Shown: positions 30,212-39,139 of the stretch, in pieces | Layout: the number at the start of each line of letters is the position of its first letter | How positions within the stretch are numbered: position 1 is the stretch's first letter | Virus record (IMG/VR): IMGVR_UViG_3300036863_000086 | Coordinates: 8,477-72,476 of that record | Length of the DNA stretch: 64,000 nucleotides | Source of the DNA: a virus | Reading direction: 5' to 3' (one strand) | Notes under the pieces: model-generated | Databases searched by the model: none | What the model was told of the DNA's origin: nothing | What the model saw: the letters and a program-made list of their open reading frames with translations, nothing else | Made by a program: the position numbers and the translations under genes

Positions 30212-31732
30212 TTATGCGCTGTTGTTCGTTGGTCCACCAACCCGCTTTCCGCCAGGTCCAATCGGCGGGCTTGGTGACTGTCGTGGCAAGCCAGGTTGCG
30301 CACCACTTGATTTTGTCGTTGCTGGAACGTTCGGCATTTGACCAGGCGTTTGCTGTTGCTGCATCTTCTGCGCTTCACGCTTCGCTTCCTCGACCCTGTC
30401 GGTCTTCTCATCTTTCGTCGGCAAGTCCATTTCATCACGGACCCAATCTTCCAGCTTGTCATCAGGATGGAGGACATTCGCACCAATGAAGTTGCGGATC
30501 GCAAAGCTCATCGTGCGCCAGTCAGTTGTTTCGCCAACGCGACGAACCTTGAGCTGCGGGTAGCCGTTCGCGGTATACGTGAAGTTGAAATCCACAAGCT
30601 GTGGAACGGCGTACTTGTTGATCGTGTCACGAACCACATCAGCAATGTAACGACTGCTCTTCAAGAAAAGGTCAGCATCCGTTTCGACATTCCCAGCCCT
30701 TTTATCGAGGAACTGGCCAAGAATGTTCGACATAATCATCAAGTTGTGATGCTGAATCGAGACAATTGCATCAACTGGTTGTCCTTCCAGCTTTGCAAAC
30801 GCAATATCCCACATTGGAGGCAGCACAACGTGGGCCTTTTCGTTTACACGCAAGTTGCGACCAATCTCATCAGCGAGCCGTCGGTCAGTTTCGCTGAAGT
30901 TTGGCGGCAACTTGATGATCGGGATGCCAATCCCATGCCGTTCCTTCTGAATGGCATCAATCTTGTAAAGGTTATCCTTGAAATACCAGTGCTTGTAGGC
31001 TGAGCGCAGCGCAGAAATGCCAGTAATGACACCAGCTTCCTTGTCGTTCGTAAAGACAAGGAGCTTGTCGATTGGAATGAACACCGAGTTTGTCTGCGTG
31101 AAGCTGTAGTCATACATCGTGACGCCACGTGGTCCGCCGTTTTCGTCCCACCACCACTGCGTCACATCGAGCGGGTGGCGCGGCGCAAGTTTTTTCCACA
31201 CCACACGCTGTTCGCCGTCGACCACTCGGTTGTCAAAGACCTTTTCAAACATAAAGTAGCCAAAGTCGAGCATCAACAGCGCTTGCGTAAGTAGGTCCAT
31301 CCAAGAAATCGACATGTACTCCGTCAAGCACTTCCAAACGAAGTTTGCGATTTTCTCGTCGCGTGCAGAGCTTGACGCTGGCTGCACAAACCAGCGACCA
31401 GCAAGCACCGGAGTTTTCAGTAGGCGAAGGCTTGAGCGAATCGCAGCATCGCTGCGGCGCATCTCGTCAAATCGCCGAAGACCAGCTTGTCCTCGCAGCG
31501 CTGGGTTATACTCATCCCGAAGAAAATGGCCATACATCGTCGAGCCAGTTGACCCAAGTTCATAACCAGGGTCGGGTGGCGGTTCTTTGAACATACGCTG
31601 CTGCACAATAATGTAGCCGTCATTCGAAACAGAGATCGGCTCATATTGCTCGAACAATGCTTCGAGCGTTGTCGTCTCCACAGGAGACTGTGGAGTGCTT
31701 GGGCGAAACTCTTGCAGCGGTGTGCCCATCAA
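30212..31732 (-). CDS. Portal protein (Mu gp29/DUF935-like)
   Basis: After terminase; FGYFMFEKV, GISALRSAYKHWYFK, ERHGIGIP. Confidence 0.85.
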   Translation of the reverse strand: MMGTPLQEFRPSTPQSPVETTTLEALFEQYEPISVSNDGYIIVQQRMFKEPPPDPGYELGSTGSTMYGHFLRDEYNPALRGQAGLRRFDEMRRSDAAIRSSLRLLKTPVLAGRWFVQPASSSARDEKIANFVWKCLTEYMSISWMDLLTQALLMLDFGYFMFEKVFDNRVVDGEQRVVWKKLAPRHPLDVTQWWWDENGGPRGVTMYDYSFTQTNSVFIPIDKLLVFTNDKEAGVITGISALRSAYKHWYFKDNLYKIDAIQKERHGIGIPIIKLPPNFSETDRRLADEIGRNLRVNEKAHVVLPPMWDIAFAKLEGQPVDAIVSIQHHNLMIMSNILGQFLDKRAGNVETDADLFLKSSRYIADVVRDTINKYAVPQLVDFNFTYTANGYPQLKVRRVGETTDWRTMSFAIRNFIGANVLHPDDKLEDWVRDEMDLPTKDEKTDRVEEAKREAQKMQQQQTPGQMPNVPATTKSSGAQPGLPRQSPSPPIGPGGKRVGGPTNNSA

Positions 31733-33177
31733 AACACTGGCTCCTTACTGAAATCGAAAATCGTTCCACCAGTGCTGCCAGTAAATATATCTGGGTCTTC
31801 ACTCTTCGTATGACTCGGCGAAAGCAAGCTGTGGTAGCTGTTCACCGAAATGACCTCGTCGAGGTGACGCCCGCAGCCCAGGTCATAAAGGTGAACAAGC
31901 GCGTACCGCAGCGCATCCAATCCGTGGTCATCGCGCTTAAACGGTTTATCGGCAGGATCAGCACCAGAGCTTGGCATCGCCATCGACCGATAATTCGAGA
32001 ATTCCTTGATGAGGTTCTTGCAGGAATGATCGATGAGCAGCTTTGGCCGAAGAATTGGCCTGCCATACTCATCGTAGAGCCCAGTATCAACCTTCGTGAG
32101 GAAACTCTTCACGCGGTCAATGCCTTGGCGAAGGTTCTTCTTGGCCTCTGGCAGTCCATACGTACCGATGAACCGTTGAGAAAGAACGTCCACAGCCTCC
32201 GGGTCGGCTGCATCACCAAAACCGACATCAAGGTGGTAGCCGCGTGGCTGTGGACGCGCCTGGAGCACACTAATATGATCGTCAATGCTCAAGCCGGCAG
32301 CAAAATACTCACGCCAAACTCTGATTTCATCCTGCGGCGTGACCTGAAACTCAATTGCAGCGAACGGATTCGACCAGCCAAAGTCGAAGGCGATGTAGCT
32401 TGGCAGCATTGGATCGAATTCAACTTGCGCAACATGAGTCTCTTCTTCAAACTCCTGGTAAATTTTTCCGACAAACGCCGTGAACTCTGCTGCGTACTCC
32501 TGAAGGAACCACTCAGTTGCCGTGGTGTTCTCAACATCGACAATTTCTGGGTCGTTGCGACCTTCTGGGAACACAGCCGTATTAGACCAAGAGGGAAATC
32601 GCCAGCTTTCCCAATCAGGAAACGTTGGGTCTTGGCCCTGCTGCCACAGGCCATGGAACCAGTTGCTCGTTCCTTCTGGCGTGCTCACAAAGTCAGCAGT
32701 ACCGCGCTTGTCGGAAAGCGCTGGCCGCAGGTATTTCTGCCAGATGTCAGCGCGCTGCTTGGCAGCTTCCGACATAATGACCCAATCGAGACCTTCACCA
32801 ACGAGGCTGTCGGGGTGGTCAGCGGAGCGAACCTCAACTCTCGCCTGCCATGGCAGCTCGATATACATATTGCCCTGCTTAACGGCATAGCCACTCTTAA
32901 TGCGCTTATCTTGGCCGAATTTCTGCGAGATGATGAGATCATCCCACAGGACGCGAAACTCCTTCTCCCCAAGGTCGTAGGTTGGACCGACAATCCAACC
33001 TCTCGTCCGTGGCGCGAGAAGTGTCGCTTCCTTATCACGCGCAGCCATGAGGCTCTTACCAAATCGGCGTCCGCAGCATGCAACGCGAAATCGAGCCGTC
33101 GAGCTGTGGTAGAGTTGCTGCGCAGGGTGTGGCTGATAGCCAAGTTCGGCAAAGAGCCTATTCCTTGAAATTGCCAC
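31729..33177 (-). CDS. terL: Terminase large subunit
   Basis: Walker A GRRFGKS, VIMSEAA, STPEG, FDFG, DDHGLDALRY. Confidence 0.92.
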   Translation of the reverse strand: MAISRNRLFAELGYQPHPAQQLYHSSTARFRVACCGRRFGKSLMAARDKEATLLAPRTRGWIVGPTYDLGEKEFRVLWDDLIISQKFGQDKRIKSGYAVKQGNMYIELPWQARVEVRSADHPDSLVGEGLDWVIMSEAAKQRADIWQKYLRPALSDKRGTADFVSTPEGTSNWFHGLWQQGQDPTFPDWESWRFPSWSNTAVFPEGRNDPEIVDVENTTATEWFLQEYAAEFTAFVGKIYQEFEEETHVAQVEFDPMLPSYIAFDFGWSNPFAAIEFQVTPQDEIRVWREYFAAGLSIDDHISVLQARPQPRGYHLDVGFGDAADPEAVDVLSQRFIGTYGLPEAKKNLRQGIDRVKSFLTKVDTGLYDEYGRPILRPKLLIDHSCKNLIKEFSNYRSMAMPSSGADPADKPFKRDDHGLDALRYALVHLYDLGCGRHLDEVISVNSYHSLLSPSHTKSEDPDIFTGSTGGTIFDFSKEPVF

Positions 33178-33187
33178 ACTGACCTAC

Positions 33188-33598
33188 TTACTTTGGGGTC
33201 CACACGTTCACATCGCTGGCATTGACCTTTTTCGCAATAGTGGTGAACGTTGACGCTCGTCGAATTCGTAGGTTCACGCTCGTCGCTTGTAACGAAACAA
33301 CGGTTCCAGAGTTGTGTGCGAACTTCATTGCTGGAACAGTGAGGGAGAAGGGGCCAGCACCACCTACTGCGGAGACGACGCGCATTTCTGAGTTGACGCC
33401 GTCGCTGACAATTATTGTCTGGTTAACTGCTGCCGTCGCAACAGTACTAAGAGTTGTCGCCCCAACAATCGAAGCGCTTGAGAGTGTTGTTGACCCTGCG
33501 CCGTTGAGTGCCGTGACAACCGCTGGCCTCGGCTTTTGGCCAGTAGTCGCCAAATACGTGACGACGCGATTGACCTTGACGGGAAAGGGCCTCGACAT
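33188..33598 (-). CDS. Hypothetical protein
   Basis: 136-aa ORF in operon. Confidence 0.55.
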   Translation of the reverse strand: MSRPFPVKVNRVVTYLATTGQKPRPAVVTALNGAGSTTLSSASIVGATTLSTVATAAVNQTIIVSDGVNSEMRVVSAVGGAGPFSLTVPAMKFAHNSGTVVSLQATSVNLRIRRASTFTTIAKKVNASDVNVWTPK

Positions 33599-33606
33599 CA
33601 GGGCTC

Positions 33607-33843
33607 CTAGGCTTCTGCATTGACAGGAAGCTCATGGCGAGCAATTGCTGCATTTGCCCACATCATCGCGTCTTCAAGACTGGTCACAGCGAGACTCTTC
33701 TCACGGCAATCACCAATTTCTTCGTTCAGCCATAGTGCGAATTCTAAAAGTTTTGCGCGCACGTGTTCATGGACTATCTTCTTTTGGTCATCTGGCACAT
33801 GGTACTTAAACCGATTTTTCAAGTCGACAAGTTCCATCGCCAC
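33607..33843 (-). CDS. Acb2/Tad1-like helical hairpin protein (candidate immune-signal sponge)
   Basis: NRFKYH.P...CREKSLAVTSLEDAMMWANAAIAR resembles the Tad1 helix SRENACALTHVEEALMW. Confidence 0.6.
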   Translation of the reverse strand: MAMELVDLKNRFKYHVPDDQKKIVHEHVRAKLLEFALWLNEEIGDCREKSLAVTSLEDAMMWANAAIARHELPVNAEA

Positions 33844-34389
33844 TTACTCCGATGCAGAAATCTGCGCCCCATACCGCTTCAGCGCAGCACGAATACGACC
33901 CTTAATAGCTCCAAGCTGGCTGGAGCTGTACTTGCTGGCGTTTTTCGGCATGTTAATGTAGCTCCATGCCGAGCGGCAGTGGTCCTCGCTGTCAAGCGGA
34001 TAGCGAGCTTTGCCATCCGACTGATAGCCAGGATCGGCATACGTCACATTGCCATATGGCTTTTTCGGTGTTGACGATGAAAGCCACTTTGAATACGGGA
34101 AATCAGCCCAGCGCTGTGTACCCAGCTCATTTGCCATTTCGCTCATTTGTGCCTCCGGCACGTTCGCATACAATGCGCGAAGGTGTGCCACTGCTTCAGC
34201 TCGCGTGCCATGGCACTTCACCACTGCGCCAACGGTTCCATCTGAATTTTTCTTATGCACACAGTTGCCGTTCAACATATATGGCATCTTGTTGTAATCA
34301 CCCCAATTCCTTGGCGCCGCCTGGTTCTCCTGGCGGTTGCCAGAAATTGCGACAAGTGGTGCATTTCCAATGGGGTCCCAAACGGCCAT
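33844..34389 (-). CDS. Head-morphogenesis-associated protein (DUF6582-like)
   Basis: CHGTRAEAVAHLRALY and YADPG..RYPLD..H.RSAWSYIN motifs; start may be 34287. Confidence 0.55.
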   Translation of the reverse strand: MAVWDPIGNAPLVAISGNRQENQAAPRNWGDYNKMPYMLNGNCVHKKNSDGTVGAVVKCHGTRAEAVAHLRALYANVPEAQMSEMANELGTQRWADFPYSKWLSSSTPKKPYGNVTYADPGYQSDGKARYPLDSEDHCRSAWSYINMPKNASKYSSSQLGAIKGRIRAALKRYGAQISASE

Positions 34390-34642
34390 TATTGCGCTCG
34401 CTTCTTCGCCTTCTTCTGTTCATCGAGCAATTCTACAACACGACGAGCAACTGCCTCAGAGTGATCATGGCAGCAATGATGTTGCTCGATTGGCGGGCTG
34501 TGACAGATATGTGTCTGCCATGCGAAGTAGTAGGAATTGCAGCGTGAGCAATAATAGGTCCAACCCGGGTAGGTCGACGTTGTTGCTCCAGTATTGACTG
34601 AACCAGTTGTGAATTCCCAGTTCCCATTAATGTCAGCCATCA
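34389..34642 (-). CDS. Hypothetical Cys/His-rich protein
   Basis: CSRC...HIC motif. Confidence 0.45.
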
Positions 34643-35206
34643 TTAACCCCACGGGAGCAAAATATTCGTTCCAGGCTTTGGCAGCATTCCAACAGCCAAG
34701 TTGGTCTTCACGGAGTTTGCCCCACCAGATGGTCCCTGCCGTAGCGACGGAATGATCACATTAAACGACGCTCCAGTTGCAGCAGCCGGAGCTGTTGCTC
34801 CAGTCGGCGCCACGATGTTTTTGTCGTCATACGTTGTCGTCGTGGTTGAGCCGAGGAATTTATACGCATCCCCTGCCAAGCGCCCATACACGTTGTACTG
34901 CACTGCCCCAGTCACTGCGGTCAGCGTCAGCCGATTGAAGTTCGTGCCATCCAAAACAGCATTCCCAGTTGCGAATGCTGCATTTGCAGCAGATGCAATA
35001 CTCTCACCGGTCGCATTCACCGCAGTATATTTGTAGGTATAGGTTGTGGTCCCTGCCGCACCCACAGATGCCACGGTCGGCGCCACTGGCGTTGCAAGCG
35101 CTGTTGCACCTGTAATTTTGGCCGGCAGCAACTGCCCGTCCACACTCCGATAGGTGGTATTCTGAAAACCACTCTCACCCTTCGCCCTGCGCATCTTTTG
35201 AGCCAT
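34643..35206 (-). CDS. Putative virion protein (fibronectin-like domain)
   Basis: YKYTAVNATGES..VTGAVQYNVY similar to the insertion in the tail tube protein. Confidence 0.6.
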   Translation of the reverse strand: MAQKMRRAKGESGFQNTTYRSVDGQLLPAKITGATALATPVAPTVASVGAAGTTTYTYKYTAVNATGESIASAANAAFATGNAVLDGTNFNRLTLTAVTGAVQYNVYGRLAGDAYKFLGSTTTTTYDDKNIVAPTGATAPAAATGASFNVIIPSLRQGPSGGANSVKTNLAVGMLPKPGTNILLPWG

Positions 35207-35547
35207 TACTTTCCCCCTTCCGGCTTGTAGGTGCTGTTGGTATTTGCGAAGTCGCTCACTTCAGTAATGAACTTGAGCAGTGGGTCGCCGCCCTTTGCCG
35301 ATTCCATTTCATTGACCTTGTCAATCACATACATCGCGTACTGACCGCGAACACGTTCGTTCGCGGCGTGCAGCGCAAGGTTAATCACGGAACGGCAAGC
35401 AGCAGGATACGCTTCGCGCAAATCCTTGTTACCCAATTCAATCAGTGTCTCTTCTGGCTTGAGGGTCCGTTCGACCTCCAAGTCAGCCAGCGCCACCACG
35501 CCGGACCAATCCACCGGGACTCGGTCGCTGAGCTTGTCCATCACCAC
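35206..35547 (-). CDS. Putative terminase small subunit
   Basis: First gene of late operon, helical 113 aa; positional inference. Confidence 0.4.
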   Translation of the reverse strand: MVMDKLSDRVPVDWSGVVALADLEVERTLKPEETLIELGNKDLREAYPAACRSVINLALHAANERVRGQYAMYVIDKVNEMESAKGGDPLLKFITEVSDFANTNSTYKPEGGK

Positions 35548-35689
35548 GGGGTTCCCTCCCTTCTATTTGTAAAGCGCAAAACTCGCTTCTACTCTTCAAC
35601 TTCCAGAGCGTCCCACCTTCCCAGTTATACTGCCATACGTCGTGCGATCTGGCGAGTTACTGTTCCTTATATAGCAAAGCCTGGCCGGA

Positions 35690-36270
35690 GATGAAATCCG
35701 TACACTGCGTGCGAGCCATCATAGAAGTGAAAACCATGGCACCGAGTGCGAGCCATTGGCTGTGTGAATTCCCATTTGCATCGTGCGAGCCATTTAGAAC
35801 GTGAAATCCAAGCATATCGTGCGAGCCAAGATAATTGCGAAATCCATCCATCTCGTGCGAGCCAAGGTAATATGTGCAACCCAAATCATGCGTGCGAGTC
35901 ATTGAGCGAATGCAACCCATCGCCTAGCGTACGAGCCATTGCTTACTGTGAAACCCAGGTGTAGCGTGCGAGCCAAGGTATGTATGAAACCCAAGCTAAA
36001 GGTGCGAGCCAGTATCGTTGGTGCAACCCCAAGTGTAGCGTGCGAGCCAAGGTAATGTGTGAAACCCAAGTGTAGCGTGCGTTAGCCGCAAGAACGATGA
36101 AATCCGTCCATCTCGTGCGAGCCAAACAGAGCGTGAAATCCAAGTTTACCGTGCGAGCCATTGGATCGTGTGAAGCCCTAAGCAATGGTGCGAGCCGTTA
36201 TACCCGTGAAAACCAAATGGAGGTGCGAGTCAAAGATAAAGTGAAGCCCAGAATCAAGGTACGAGCCAAA
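35690..36270 (+). repeat. TIGR-like dual-repeat array A (~16 units)
   Basis: Alternating GTGCGAGCC(A) and (G/A)TG(A/C)A(A)(C/T)CC(A) repeats separated by ~9-nt variable spacers; period ~36-37 nt. Confidence 0.9.
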
Positions 36271-36285
36271 CTCCAAGGAGTTGCA

Positions 36286-37116
36286 GTGACGACAACAGAG
36301 CAAGGAATTGTCGTTCCAACGTTGCCAGAGATCGAAACGCTGGAGCGGAAAATTCGCACAACAGCAGCACAGCTTCCGCCAGAGGAAGCACGACTGCTGG
36401 TGCTGCTGTACTACCAATTGCAAGAACACCGGATCGCCACCGGTAACCAGGCAAAAAGCGGTGGTGACAACCCAATCCTGATGCACTATCACCAGCAGCT
36501 CTCTTCACTGGAACGCAGCCTACCGCCGCTGCTCGGCAAATGGGCACAGTCCCAAACTGCTGGACAGTGGTCCCTGTCACAGGTCGGCGTCGGTCCTGTT
36601 ATGGCCGCAGGTCTGCTCGCGCATATCGACATTGTCAAATTCCCTTCGGTGTCACACCTGTGGTCATTCGCTGGCCAGAACCCACTTGCAAAATGGGGGA
36701 AAGGCCAGAAGCGGCCGTGGAACGCACAACTCAAGGTGCTGGTCTGGAAAATCGGCGACTCATTTGTCAAGCTCAACAAGCACCCTGACTGCTACTACGG
36801 TCATATCTACGCGAATCGCAAGGCGATCGAAGTCTCTCGCAATGAGCACGGTGCGTTTGCGGAGCAGGCAGCAGAGATTCTTGAGGTTCGTAAAATCAAG
36901 GACGAGCGGACGCTGTCCTTCTACAAGGCCGGCAAGCTGCCACCGGGGCACATCGATATGCGCGCTCGGCGTTACGCTTCCAAGCGGTTCCTCTCACACT
37001 ATTTCGTCGTTGCGTATGAGGCAGCGCACGGCGAGCCTGCTCCTCGTCCATATGTAGAAACAGTGCTCGGGCACACCGACATCGACGCACCGCCAAACTG
37101 GCCATTGACCAAGTAG
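36286..37116 (+). CDS. TasA-like Nop-domain RNA-guided protein (IS110 C-terminal-domain homolog, no nuclease domain)
   Basis: GTG start after AAGGAG; 276 aa; GVGPVMAAGLLAHIDIVKFPSVSHLWSFAG matches the IS110/Nop helix-hairpin motif; no N-terminal DEDD RuvC or HNH; flanked by arrays. Confidence 0.85.
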   Translation: MTTTEQGIVVPTLPEIETLERKIRTTAAQLPPEEARLLVLLYYQLQEHRIATGNQAKSGGDNPILMHYHQQLSSLERSLPPLLGKWAQSQTAGQWSLSQVGVGPVMAAGLLAHIDIVKFPSVSHLWSFAGQNPLAKWGKGQKRPWNAQLKVLVWKIGDSFVKLNKHPDCYYGHIYANRKAIEVSRNEHGAFAEQAAEILEVRKIKDERTLSFYKAGKLPPGHIDMRARRYASKRFLSHYFVVAYEAAHGEPAPRPYVETVLGHTDIDAPPNWPLTK

Positions 37117-37134
37117 CAATTAATTACTTGCCAA

Positions 37135-37820
37135 ATGGTGATCGTGAAACCCATATCCTTCGTGCGAGCCAAGAACGTAATGAAACCCAAATCGTAGGTG
37201 CGAGCCTCTATAAGGGTGAAACCCATAATTCCTGTGCGAGCCATGTCGCGCTGAAACCCGAGCGGTATGTGCGAGCCCGTCTGATCGTGAAACCCATATC
37301 ATGCGTGCGAGCCATAGCAGCTATGAAACCCATGCCCTTTGTGCGAGCCTCTATGAGGGTGAAATCCGCAATCACTGTGCGAGCCACCAGCAAAGTGCAA
37401 ATCCGTACTTCATGTGCGAGCTACAGGTTTTAGTGCAACCCAATATAGTCGTGCGAGCCACTACAGAGGCGAAACCCATACTCCAGGTGCGAGCCATTGC
37501 AGTCATGAAACCCATGCCTCTTGTGCGAGCCACCGTGGTTCGGTGAAATCCGTACGTCGAGTGCAAGCCAAGACGTGTATGAAACCCTGATGTAGCGTGC
37601 GAGCCGGAACACAGGTGAAACCCTATGGCTCAGTGCGAGCCATACTTTCTGTGAATCCCAATCCATGCGTGCGAGCCATTGTCTTCGTGAAGCCCAAGCA
37701 TTCAGTGCGAGCCATCAACAGTAATGAAACCCAAATTAGGCGTGCGAGTCCAAGCATAGGGTGAAGTCCGTAGCCTTGGTGCGAGCCAAATTCTCAGTGA
37801 AACCCATAATGTTCGTGCGT
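37135..37820 (+). repeat. TIGR-like dual-repeat array B (~18 units)
   Basis: Same repeats and period as array A, directly after tas stop. Confidence 0.9.
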
Positions 37821-37862
37821 TTTCACCCAAAACATGCCCAAATTCGTCGAAACTAGGAGGAA

Positions 37863-38081
37863 ATGTCACTATTTGCTGACCTAACATACCTGCGTCGCAG
37901 CCGACATATTTTCGTCGACATGCGTGGCGGGACATCGCACACCTACTTCGGCGAGGTTTCCCAGGAGCGCGGGCTTCTTGTTATAACAACTCGAACAGGG
38001 TTCTTTGGGCTACGACGGCAAATTACAAAAATCCCACACACCTCCATCGAATCCTGGTCCTACTGGACCACCCCGTATTGA
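37863..38081 (+). CDS. Hypothetical protein
   Basis: GGAGG RBS, 72 aa. Confidence 0.65.
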   Translation: MSLFADLTYLRRSRHIFVDMRGGTSHTYFGEVSQERGLLVITTRTGFFGLRRQITKIPHTSIESWSYWTTPY

Positions 38082-38093
38082 GGAGGAGGAGAA

Positions 38094-38318
38094 GTGTTCG
38101 AAGGCCCAATCAAGAAATTGGAAACAATACTCGACAAAACATCGAAAGAGATCAACGAGGGAAAATACTGGGAATATATCGTTGATACCATAGGGCGCCC
38201 AGAAGCTCTCCAACCACTCCTCACCTCACGCGGTAAGGATCGTTGGGAACTTGTCAGCGCGGTCAACGACACACTGTTTTTCAAGCGCCCAATGCAAAAA
38301 GGGGCAAAGAATTCATGA
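38094..38318 (+). CDS. Hypothetical protein (DUF4177-like WEY...WELV)
   Basis: GGAGGAG RBS; WEY..G...WELVS...FKRP. Confidence 0.6.
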   Translation: MFEGPIKKLETILDKTSKEINEGKYWEYIVDTIGRPEALQPLLTSRGKDRWELVSAVNDTLFFKRPMQKGAKNS

Positions 38319-38560
38319 CCACAGGCACCATGAAGACGATGGATCAGTCTGGTGACACCGAAATCAAGTGGGACCGCAGCGATCCAGACTCAATTGCAAT
38401 CGCTCGGGAAGCATTTAATGAGGCTACTCAGCGCCGTTCGGAAGGCGGCAAGGGCTATCTGGCGTATCGCGTTGAGCGTGGTGGTAAGGGTGCAGTCATT
38501 CGTGACTTCGATCCTGCCGCCGAGCGGATCATCCTTGCGCCGCCTATGGCCGGTGGTTAA
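38315..38560 (+). CDS. Small protein ending in Gly-Gly (possible ubiquitin/ThiS-like)
   Basis: 81 aa, C-terminus IILAPPMAGG. Confidence 0.6.
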   Translation: MTTGTMKTMDQSGDTEIKWDRSDPDSIAIAREAFNEATQRRSEGGKGYLAYRVERGGKGAVIRDFDPAAERIILAPPMAGG

Positions 38561-38573
38561 TTCAGAGGAATAT

Positions 38574-39134
38574 ATGCCGTACCGCGTCTATGCTTCCGAA
38601 GCGACAGCCACCACAATTAACATGAGCGCAACAACAAACACCACCACAGATCCTGGCAACTATTACATCTACTTCAATACCGGCTATCGATACCCGAGCG
38701 CCGAGGAACTACGTCGTCTGCAACCACAAGCATACGAATTTGCCAACGCCACGCAACAGTACCGGCGTTGGCAACAGCAACAGACAGCGCATGAACGACA
38801 GGCAGCACGTGAACATGAGAAGGAAGCACAGGAAGCACAAAAGCGTGCAGAAGTGCTCCTGCTCTCCGTTCTCGACGCAAGGCAAGCTGAACAGTGGGCA
38901 ACGACCCACGAAGTCGACGTGGTCGGCTCAGAAGGGCACAACTACCGTCTGACTCGCGCTCGTCAAGGTGGCGTATTCCGCCTTGGGTCACGAAACCGTC
39001 GTACGCATTCGCTGTGTATCCACCACGACTACGCAATTCCTATTGAGGACCAAATCGCAGCGCAGAAGCTCCAGATCGAAACGGACGAAGCCGAATTCTG
39101 CCGTATCGCAAATGAGAGCCCAGTACTCGCGTAA
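38574..39134 (+). CDS. Hypothetical protein with C-x-H...D motif
   Basis: GAGG RBS; HSLCIH...PIEDQIAAQKL..ETDEAEF. Confidence 0.65.
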   Translation: MPYRVYASEATATTINMSATTNTTTDPGNYYIYFNTGYRYPSAEELRRLQPQAYEFANATQQYRRWQQQQTAHERQAAREHEKEAQEAQKRAEVLLLSVLDARQAEQWATTHEVDVVGSEGHNYRLTRARQGGVFRLGSRNRRTHSLCIHHDYAIPIEDQIAAQKLQIETDEAEFCRIANESPVLA

Positions 39135-39139
39135 CAACT

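Noticed and set aside
31657-33168. 503-aa + strand ORF (also 17448-18581, 24139-25395, 48518-49741)
   Set aside because: Antisense or alternate-frame shadows of well-supported genes
36097-37116. Intact IS110 transposase, 339 aa as in ORF track
   Set aside because: First 63 codons are array repeats; real start is likely GTG 36286 after AAGGAG. No DEDD RuvC domain and no element ends
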